Under the pieces are notes generated by a model. It made no database searches. It was not told the DNA's origin and was given only the letters and a program-made list of their open reading frames with translations. DNA of 64,000 nucleotides from Tricharina praecox. Lineage: Eukaryota. Location: positions 1,178,001 to 1,242,000 of the forward strand of contig NW_026250404.1 in assembly GCF_024521635.1 (NCBI RefSeq), given 5' to 3'. Positions within the stretch are counted from its first letter, which is position 1, and every line of letters starts with the position of its first letter. Made by a program: the position numbers and the translations under genes. Positions 50,531-60,159 of the stretch are shown in pieces.

Positions 50531-52481
50531 TATGATAACGTGAGGGAATTGGAGCGGTGGAGAACAGTTGGAGAAAATCTGTGGTCACTGGTGGGAAAGG
50601 TCTCTGGTCAGACCATGTCGTTCGAGTTCCAAATGACGAGCTAAAACTTTTCTTGAGGCTCTTCGGGCCGTGGCCTGTGAAACCGGACAACTCTCAATTC
50701 CACAAGGCACTAGTCCCGATGCCGGCACACTACCGCTACAACCGCCACGCCTGCGATACAACCTCCTATGGCGACGTGATTGAGGCATGGCGCAAGATTA
50801 GCCGCGCAGGCGAGAACTTTGGTCTCGAATGTAGGCACGCGTGAACAAAAGGAAACACAGCTACTATTACCCCTCTCACTTCAACCTCATGCACCGTTAC
50901 CTTTTTTCATCACCCCTCAAGGGTCCCGGGCTTCTCAGCCCTGCTTCGGGCCTTCCGACTTTCAGACTGGTGGTTAGATGCCGGATACTATTGTACAGTA
51001 CTCGCCTGTGCGGTACCCATGCTAGACAACTACCACGAAGAGGCGCGGTGTTGCAGGAAGTATTTCCCCAATCGACCGTTACCACTCGACGATATGGCCG
51101 ACAACGGAGACATGCCTCACCACAGATTATTTCCAATTGCTCTCGATCGCTCTAATTCTCTCAAGTTACCAATGGGCAAACGGAAACACTCAAGCTCGCA
51201 CTCCCGTCCTCCGCTATGGCGACTCTTAGATGGAGAAGCGCACCAAGAAAATCGAGAAAGACAGACTGGATACCACCCTTCCCTCAGGTCATGAACTGAG
51301 TGTATAGTGTTTAGTTGACCTACTGGCGCCAAAGGAATCTGCTGCCTTATGCCACCTTTCATTTGTCGAACTCACACTACCTACTTTGTTGTTTCCGCTA
51401 CATCCGCATCGTCCACTACGCCCCGGATAGACGGGGGAAACGGTCATGTGACTACCATGATCTAACAAGTTCGAATACAATCATAATTAAGCAAAAAGGA
51501 AAGCCCCGTTTCTAAGGAATTGGGGAATTTTGATTTACCGAGTGAGATTGCATGTTCTACTTCGGCTGCTGGTGCCAACTAGCCCGTCGGCCTTGAAACC
51601 GATCCTGCTGGGGCAACATACCACTAACCCACTGATTGCGCTCGAGACATACCAAATTAGTCGCGAGGATCCAGGGACCGCCGCCCTTGCTCGCTAAGCA
51701 TCGGTAGAATGCTTTCTCACTTTGGTCCAGTATTGATGGGTAGAGAATTGGAAAGGCAGTAGTTTACCATTGCAATGCAAACTGACTTCCCCTGAGCTCT
51801 CCACTGGCGGTTTCCCCCCTCCATACTGCATATAACCTTTCACCATCATACAAAGCACATTCCCGAGCATCCTACCCGTAGTCTGAATGACCAGCTCGAG
51901 GCAGGAACCTACGATCTTCACTCGGGGAAACAGCAGTAAACAAAAATCGTCAAAATGCGAGTGAGCGCTCATGATTCGCCACTGATAATGGGCTTGATTC
52001 TAGGGTGGACGTTTGCTATTAACACTGAAGTTTGATATCACGGCGTTTTCTGCATTGTAGCGGTGATTTTCAAGACGGAGGAAGTTGCAGTGTTGGAGGC
52101 TGGAACGTATTGGGTGAACTTATGCATACCATGTTGGAATTTGTGAGCATTGGTGCGTGAAGGAGTAGTAGGGCTCATGTCATGGCTACTACGCAGATGG
52201 GTGCCAACTATTATTCAATCGATCAATCAGTCGATCAATTATGGGAAATGGTCAAAGAAATTAATGGGTCGACAATTAATGTGAGCAAAGGCGATTATGG
52301 TTATTTCACGAATAAATCCGACTCATGACAGAAGTGAGGCACAGGCGCATCAAGTTTGTCAACTGTTCCGCCCCGAAAATGTAATTCAACTCCCGGCTCG
52401 CGCAATTTCAATCATGACATCGTAAAGAAACAGGGGGTAGCATCCATATTCGCTGTATCCTACAACAATCCGCACCGCGCA

Positions 52482-53144
52482 TTACCTCGCTTTTGCGCCC
52501 GCCGTATTGGCCGCCTCCCTCCTCGTCGCATCCTCGAGTAGCGCAGTGTCGACCGCATTGGCGGGTAGATGAACGTAGCGCACGACCGAGCCACGGATGA
52601 AGACGTTTTTTACTGCCGCCTATTATATCCGTGAGTTAAAGACCTTATCATACCAAATTCGGAGGAGGTGGCTTACAAGGTGCGGATACCGCGCCTCATC
52701 CTTAACCCGGATCTCGTCGAGCTTGATGTTAAGGAATTGGTCGACACTCTTGAGCGTGCCGGTTATGCAGAGATCATTCTTGAGTTCTATTGTAACCTGT
52801 GCCCGTCAACGTCCGTGCTCCGTGCTCAGTTCATCTGCGTTTTGCAGAACAGGCGGGTAGAATAGAAGAAGCCCTCAGAGATAAACTGTGCGTCGTCTCG
52901 TCCTGGCGTCAGCGACCTCACGAGTGAAGACCTGACGCTGCGTCTAAGGATGACTTGCGGAGTTCTCATCATTGGGTGGGTGGGCGAGGTGCGGGTGCGG
53001 GTGAGCGCGGGGTTGAGAAAAAGAACGTACTTCGTGGTCGACGAGGGTCTTGAAGAAACTATACACGTGTAAGCACGGTCAGTTGATGATGAAAGAGGAA
53101 ATATCGTGACTAAGGAAGGGAATGGAATACCTGAAGAAAAGCAT
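52482..53144 (-). CDS. LSM2: U6 snRNA-associated Sm-like protein Lsm2; exons 53144-53131, 53058-53031, 52796-52677, 52619-52482 (absent from the ORF track)
   Basis: Manual splicing gives MLFFSFFKTLVDHEVTIELKNDLCITGTLKSVDQFLNIKLDEIRVKDEARYPHLAAVKNVFIRGSVVRYVHLPANAVDTALLEDATRREAANTAGAKAR*, a typical Lsm2 sequence. Confidence 0.97.
52872..52976 (-). ncRNA. Intronic box C/D snoRNA in LSM2 intron 2 (candidate U6 guide)
   Basis: Perfect C box ATGATGA (52972-52966), D box CTGA (52878-52875), CCC/GGG terminal stem and internal hairpin GCGTCAG...CTGACGC. The host intron is 234 nt against 57 and 72 nt for the other two. Confidence 0.75.
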
Positions 53145-53554
53145 GGCGATGGCGGCACGTTGAAGTTAGTGGGGGACGGCCGTGATCGTGGGTGAGGTTA
53201 GCTTTGGGGTCGAGCTTTGTGGATGGTTCGTGTTCGTGGTAGGGTAATTGAGGGTGGGTTGTTGAGCCGCATGCATGTGTGGGGGTCGGGCCCGGAGAGT
53301 ACGTGATTAGGTGCGAAGACCGCACATGTTTTAGCGTCATTGATCATCGCGGATTGGCTATCAATTAGGCTTAAGAATCTCTTTATTCTTTGAGCGTTCA
53401 TGTTCCTTTCCCCGAGGAAGAATACGGCCGCGTCATGGAGGAGGAGGATAAGTTTTGATCTCCAGGTCACAGCGCTCAACTAAACTTTGAGACTCAAAGT
53501 AATGCACATGTATCGGCCTATCGAACAAAACCTCATGTACAAATACACAACCAT

Positions 53555-54338
53555 TTACATTTGAGCCAAGAAGTTGCCCTCCTTAATGTTGGCCCTTCCC
53601 TTCTTGCGCAGCGCTTTCTTAATCTCCTGCCTTGCCATGGCCGCCTCGACACCGGTAACCTGGAAATTACCTTCACCACCAATAGTGACAGTCGTAGGCA
53701 CAATCTTGAGCTTCGTCTTGCCAGCCCCCAATCTCGCGGTAACACCTCCAACAGCAGCAACAGTCCTCGTGAGTGGCGAAGGAGCCGCCGGGCCACCATG
53801 CAACGGGTCCATGATGGTGGTGAAGGGAAGATCAATAGTCTGCTCGTGGATAGGAACTTTCTTTTCTGGGTCTAACGCTTCGAGGGCTGCCATTCTCGCG
53901 GCGCGCTTTTTGGCGAGTGATCGGGCTTTCTTGGACTTGGCTGCGGGCTGGCGGTCAGTTGGCTGGCTGTATGCGAGGTGTGGGTGTAGCAAGGGAAGAG
54001 GACGCATGTAACATACAATAGAGATCCCCGACATCCTCGGCCGCATTGCTAGTTGACTTATTGCTGTCGTCCAGCGCAGCCCACAGCCACTCCGGGTACT
54101 CGCTATCCTCCAGAGCAACCGGGTCCTGCTTGTTCTTGAAGTAGTTGATGTTGTTCAGCTTGGTGCCGGCGAGCGTGGAACTTCTAATGATCGTGGCATC
54201 GGCGGCAGGCTTGACGGGACCGGGAGTGAGCGGGGTGGTCAGCGGGGAGGCGTCATCGGAGTACAGCCGCGAGGCGCCGATGAGGAATCGGCGGGGAGAA
54301 GTGCGGCTGACGCAGCGGATACACAGGGCAGTCGCCAT
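53555..54338 (-). CDS. MRPL37: Mitochondrial large-subunit ribosomal protein mL54; intron 53941-54016
   Basis: Presequence-like N-terminus; SSTLAGTKLNNINYFKNKQDPVALEDSEYPEWLW; C-terminal RANIKEGNFLAQM. Confidence 0.92.
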
Positions 54339-54885
54339 ATCCGAGATAGAGTGGATGCGAAAGTGGGGTGGTGACGACTGTTGCGTGTTTCGTGGGTTGT
54401 AACGGGATGGAGGCTCTCTACGAAATTTGCTGAAGTTCTGAAGAGTTCGGTTATCCTGCGTAGACCAAAACCATAGGCATCTAATCCAACATCTTATCAA
54501 GATGATCTGCCACTCACATGGTGGGTCATCTCCTCAATTCACCTCTTGCCCCAATGAAGCTAATCTTATCGTCGGATGGCTCCGTACATGGGCGAGAACC
54601 CTGGAAGCTTAAGCTTGCTGTAGCGTGAACTGAGTTTTCTCCATTTTTACCTTTCTTTTTTTTGCCGCGAAAAAAAAACGGCCCCCAGCCTCTTCGCGCC
54701 CGCCTTTTAATCCCCACATCGCTCCTCCAAACACGTCTTTCCCCCACCATCCTCTCTCTCTTCACCTCTTCACCACTCCCTTCTCCCTCCCTACTTGCCT
54801 TATTGCCGCACACTCGCACTCAAATCAGAAGAAGATTCATCACTGGGGGATTACCTTTCCAATTGGCTTTTTTTGACGATTCCAT

Positions 54886-55056
54886 CTGAGGGCTTCATAC
54901 TTGGTTCACTCAATTCTCCACGATTGTTTGACTCTGTTGGGCACTGAGGGCTTGTTCCGCATTCGCACATCTGTTACTATTGGGTTTCCGAGGGCTTCAT
55001 TCTTAACGATCCGTTAGAACTGAAACTGAGGGCTTAACGTTCCGATCCGAGGGCTT
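54886..55056 (+). promoter_or_regulatory. Array of five CYGAGGGCTT motifs upstream of the nucleolin ATG
   Basis: Copies start at 54886, 54944, 54988, 55026 and 55047, all in the same orientation with unrelated spacers. Function unknown. Confidence 0.6.
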
Positions 55057-55147
55057 TTCCACATTTTTTCCACTCACATCCCATCTCTTCTCTACCGCCT
55101 TTCCCCACAACCAGGTTTGTATATTCATACAATCTAACACCGCAGTA

Positions 55148-56832
55148 ATGGGTCCTACTACAAAGAAAGCTACCAAGCCCGCCAAGGGCGCCGACAAGAA
55201 GGTTCTCTCCACCGTCAAGAAGGCTGGCATCACCAAGCCTGCGAAGGAGGCCGCGAAGACCAAGGAAGTCGCCAAGAAGGCCGTCGCCGCTGTCACGGAG
55301 AAGAAGTCCGACAAGAAGGACAAGAAGAAGAAGGTCGTCAAGGAGCCCACTCCCGAGCCTGAGTCCGACTCTGAGTCCGAGGATGACTCTGACGATTCGT
55401 CCGACTCTGAGTCCGAGCAGGAGGAGGTGAAGCCCGCCGCCAAGGCCGTTGCTAAGCCCGCCGCGAAGAAGGCCGACACCAGCGACTCCGACTCCGACTC
55501 CGACTCTGACTCTGAGTCTGAGGACGAGAAGCCCGCTGCTAAGAAGGAGGTCGCCAAGGTCGCCTCCAAGGAGGACTCTTCCGACGACTCCGACTCCGAC
55601 AGCGACGAGGAGATGGCCGATGCCGATGCACCCAAGGCTGAGGCCAAGAAGGCCGACTCCAGCGACTCCGACTCCGACTCTGACTCCGAGTCCGAGGACG
55701 AGAAGCCTGCCGCTAAGGCTGCTGCCGGAGCCAAGAAGACTGAGGTATGTCACTCTCCACCACCGTGTTCGGGCGCATGTTACTGACATTGCATAGACTT
55801 CCGACTCCGACTCTTCCGACTCCGATGACAGCGCTTCCGACTCTTCCGAGGAGGCCTCTCCCAAAGAGGACAACAAGAAGCGCAAGGCTGAGGTCGCTGC
55901 TTCCCCCGTCCAGAAGAAGTCCAAGAAGGAGGATGAGCCTGTTGAGGAGAACTCGAAGAACCTCTTCGTTGGTTCCCTGTCCTGGAACGTCGACGACGAC
56001 TGGCTGCGAAGCGAGTTCGAGACTTTCGGAGAGCTCACCCGCTGCACCGTCATGTCCGACCGTGCCACTGGTCGCTCCAAGGGGTATATTCATCCATTGT
56101 CTTGAACGTTAATCAGTGCTGATTTTGTTCCAGTTTCGGATACGTTGAGTACAGCACCGCCGCTTCTGCCAAGGCCGCTATGGACGCCATGCAGGGTAAG
56201 GAGCTCGACGGACGCACCCTGAACGTTGACTTCTCTACTCCTCGCCCCGAGCGCCCCGCTCAGAACGACCGTGCTTCCAAGTTCGGTGACCAGCGCAGCA
56301 CCGAGAGCGACACCGTCTTCGTTGCCAACTTGAGCTTCGAGGTTGACGAGGACATCGTCCGTAACGAGTTCGAGAAGTTCGGAGACATCATTGGCCTCCG
56401 TCTCCCCACTGACGCGTAATTACCCCCTTCTGAACAACTTGACCTGTCCGGATGCTAACTATTGGCAGTGAGTCTGGTCAGCGCAAGGGTTTCGGTTACA
56501 TCCAGTTCGGTTCCATCGCCGAGGCCAAGGAGGCTGTCGAGGGTATGTCTGGTGCCTTCGTCAACGGACGTGCCATCCGCACCGACTTCTCTACTCCCCG
56601 TGACCCCAGCAGCAGCGGAGGCCGAGGAGGAGGCCGTGGTGGCCGTGGTGGCTTCAACGACCGCGGTGGACGTGGCGGTGGTCGTGGCGGCCGTGGTGGC
56701 TTCGGTGACCGTGGTGGACGTGGCGGTCGTGGTGGCTTCAGTGACCGTGGTGGCGGCCGTGGCGGTCGTGGCGGAACCACCAACCGCGGAGGCTTCGGGG
56801 ACTTCAAGGGAAAGAAGGTCTCCTTTGATTAA
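55148..56832 (+). CDS. NSR1: Nucleolin-like protein Nsr1/Gar2; introns 55745-55796, 56084-56133, 56416-56468
   Basis: Alternating basic and acidic Ser-rich tracts, two RRMs (LFVGSLSWNVDDDWL / KGFGYVEY; VFVANLSF / KGFGYIQF), RGG tail and GKKVSFD end. Confidence 0.96.
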
Positions 56833-58244
56833 ACGTGTTGCACACACTCCATCTCCCCTTCTACTACACTAGGACATGGTGAGTTGCAGGCACGATAATC
56901 TTGTATGATAAAGTGGGCTTTTTCTTTGCGTGTTTCTGTGGTCCATGATGGTACGACTCTAATGTCTCCCTTCCCGTTCCCGTTGGTCTTTTGTCTTTTG
57001 TCTTGAATCTCGTTTCGGGGGATACCAAAAAGTGTTTTTTTGTTGGGTGGTTGGAGTTCTTTCTTTTTATTATTAAGTTTGCAATAAATGTCCGCGTCAA
57101 GTGGGTACGAGTTGACGTTCAATTCATGATCCTTCGTCGCTCTACATACTTTGACGATCCACGCGTGGGGTTTGTGTGACGAAACACTCCGGTCGCCGGT
57201 TTTCTGTAGAGTACAGAGAAGCGAGAGTGGAGTACGGGGGAGATACGAATCAATGACATCAACCTAACCAACCCCAAGTCGCGCCGTCTGAGTCGACATG
57301 ATGCGACGAACACATGACCACGTCCGTTCCGTTCTCTGCAGTCCGAGTTCAACTCCGAGCCGGAGTCCGAGCACGAAAAAACAGTCGACATTTGGCCGTG
57401 CATACTTTACTTCATACATATTCCCAACCTTAAACCCACTCTCTCTCTTTTTTTTTGTTGGGAGCTCTCTCTGGGCTTCTGGGCTGAGGTTTACATATGC
57501 GGTGCGAGAGAGATGGAGTCTGCACCCGGCTGGGATTTGATGTCCCTGTCCCTCCCCGAGATATGCGGTGGATAGATAGAGGTACGCAAGACAATATGCG
57601 CTGGGGTCGGGGGGGCGGTGATGGGCAGCGATCATGAGACTTGAGAGCTCTCTCGCTCGGGTGTTGGTTGGCTGTTGGCCGTCGTTGCATCTGACTGTCT
57701 CTCTCGAGGCCCAGCGGTCAACGGCAGAGATAGAGATAGAGATTCCCACCCACCCGCGGGCAGCCGAGGAGGCTTGTCTCTCTCAAGGATAGGGAGTTGA
57801 AGGGAATGGAGGGAGGTAGGAATAGAACAGGGGAACGACTCTTGTGAGCTGCTTTTAGCTATATCATAGCTATAGTTGCACCCTCTTAACCCGCGCGACC
57901 TTCCTCTGCCACCACTTGGACTCGTACACCGCTGCACGCCAGAAGCCACTCTGCTAGTAACTAGAAGGTTGCCGGATCCGTTACTTAGACCACGCCGCCC
58001 ACGCCTACGGGGCGACTGACCGACCGAATCACCGACCAAGGCAGGCATCTACGAGTACTAGTTACCGTGTCGTCGTGTCGTCGCTGCTTCATCCACAACC
58101 ACCTCACCATCACCACCATCACCTCCACCATCACCACTACCTCTACCACCACCGCCAGCAGTAGAGAAAGAGAGAGAGCGGAGCGAGCGAGAGATATCGA
58201 CAATCTACCCACCACACACCAACACCCATCCCCACTACTACAAA

Positions 58245-59252
58245 ATGCAGCGTCCCCAACCCCGCACGCACTTCTCCTCGTCGCCATCACGTCCCGGTTC
58301 GTTCGCTCTCCCTCCCTCCCTCGCCCTCCACCCTCCACCCCCCCCCCCGATCCTTAGCGCTAATTAACGCCGTACAGAAGACAGCTGGATCGAGATCTCT
58401 GGCTCCGACGAAGAGGAGGAGGAGCAAGAGGAGATCATTACCTCTGGCCTGCGCATCCGTCGTCCACAACACCTACAGCAGCGACACCACACGTATCCCT
58501 CCTCGCAGCAGCACCAGCAGCAGCACCAGCGTGCCTACCCCAACCACAACCACAACCATCACCTCGCTGAGACGATACTGATCGACAGCATTGCGTCGCT
58601 TTCGTCGTCGACCTCCTCCTTGTCGCGGGGAGAGGAATCGTCGGAGGAATCGGAGGCGGAGGAGTATGAGGGCGAGGGCGAAGACGTAGCCTCGTTCCTC
58701 GCGTCGCAGCCACTGAGCGACTCGGAGTGTTCGGCTGACGACGTGGCGAGCGAGGACGATACCGAGGAGGACGACGAGGAGGAGGGTGGGCCGCTGCGCC
58801 CCGTGTTTGCCGAGAAGGCGCGGCTGGAGATGGAGCACGACGCGGCGCTACGGGCGTCGCTGAGCACGCTGCTCAGCTGTGCTGCTGCGGCAAGGGGCGC
58901 GGGCGCACATGTTCAGCGCGACCGCGTCGAGGGCCTGCGTGTGGTGCAGAGCGTTAGTCCGCCGGCTACCACGACCAGTGCGTCCGTGTCGCAGTCGGTC
59001 AGTAGTGAGGAGGGCAGGAGAACGAGGAAGGGCGGCAGAAGCAGGAGGCCGAAGAAGGAGGTCAAGAATGAAGTCCTCCGCACCACCCTCGTAACTCTTG
59101 CATTCTCGGCGGGGGCTATCGTGCTCCTGAGTGCGGTGAGCTTCTCGGCGGGGTATTGGGTCAGGAGGCTCGAGGGCGGCGGTGGGGCCGGCAGCGGCAG
59201 CGGCAGGGTCGTCGATGGTGTTCGCAGGGCGAGGGGCGTGAGGGTTGTTTAG
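58245..59252 (+). CDS. Hypothetical tail-anchored protein (~308 aa) with an N-terminal acidic WxxI motif; intron 58297-58377
   Basis: A GTTCGT...CTAAT...CAG intron gives ...RPEDSWIEISGSDEEEEE..., continuous with the 58620..59252 ORF; helix HDAALRASLSTLLSCAAAARG; single TM near the C-terminus. Confidence 0.8.
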
Positions 59253-60159
59253 TGCTGTCGTGCTGTATGTGGCGCCGTGGGATGATGATGATGCTTCTGC
59301 TGCTTCTATGTCGTTTGCTTGCTTGCTTTCGCTCGTTTCATTTTCTCTTTTCTATTTTTTTCTTCTTCCGATGATGGGCGGGCGGGCGCCGGGGGGAGGG
59401 GGTGCCACGCACATATACGTAATTGGATGACTGACGGGTCGGGCCTGTGTTCGTTCTGTGTCCGTTCGTTCGTGGCGGATTTGGGACTGCGGATTGTTGG
59501 ATGGATGGATGGATTTCTTTTGCTCGTTCTACCGATCGATACTTTACGACGACGACCATCTACATAAGGCAGAAATTTGGGTTTTATACTCTACTCTATC
59601 CACTCTACGTTTTTTTCTTCTCTTCGTTTCCGGTGTGCGGGCCGATGCGGAACCGGGACAGCCTACAGGGCTGCAGATGTTTTGTATGTATGTATGAGTT
59701 TGCGTTTGTGGCGTGGTGGATGAGAAGGGAAGGATACATGCGGCCGATCGCTGGTGCGCTACGGTAGGTACTCTGGGCTTGTAGTAGGTAGCGGGCAGGA
59801 GATCGCGATGGTTATGCAGATAGGAAATCGAATTGCTTCGGATTCTATTATGTAGATGTTGGGATGCATACTATGTAGACACAAAGCTGAAGCGCAACCC
59901 TCCAGTCCGCCGCGTCCACGCCATAGATAGTCACCGAGCTCTGACCAGCTACAGTATCCGACCAAATCCACCAAATCCACCACCCGAACCTAAAGTTCGT
60001 GCTTGTGACACCTCCACCTCCACTGACCCACAGCGCTCACATTTAACAGTGGGGGATAGCACTCCATCTTCCCTACATACCTCAACAACTCCGCCTCGAG
60101 CCCCGCACGCCAGCCCGCCAGCTACATACCGGCACATACCCACGCACACCCCACGAACG

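Noticed and set aside
50841..51515. Small gene divergent from TPA1
   Set aside because: Short ORFs in different frames; the one candidate intron leads quickly to a stop, and no homology was recognised.
54886..55056. CRISPR-like array
   Set aside because: Eukaryotic context, 10-bp repeats, irregular spacing (21-58 nt) and no cas genes.
45106..56832. Functional cluster of RNA-metabolism genes (RRM, TPA1, LSM2, MRPL37, NSR1)
   Set aside because: These are unrelated housekeeping genes interspersed with GLY1; chance adjacency cannot be excluded without synteny data.
59833..60159. 109-aa N-terminal extension of NPP1 in the ORF track (likewise 40622-40897 for the coiled-coil RRM gene)
   Set aside because: Both begin at non-ATG (TTG) codons in UTR-like sequence; the first ATGs at 60160 and 40898 are the likely starts.
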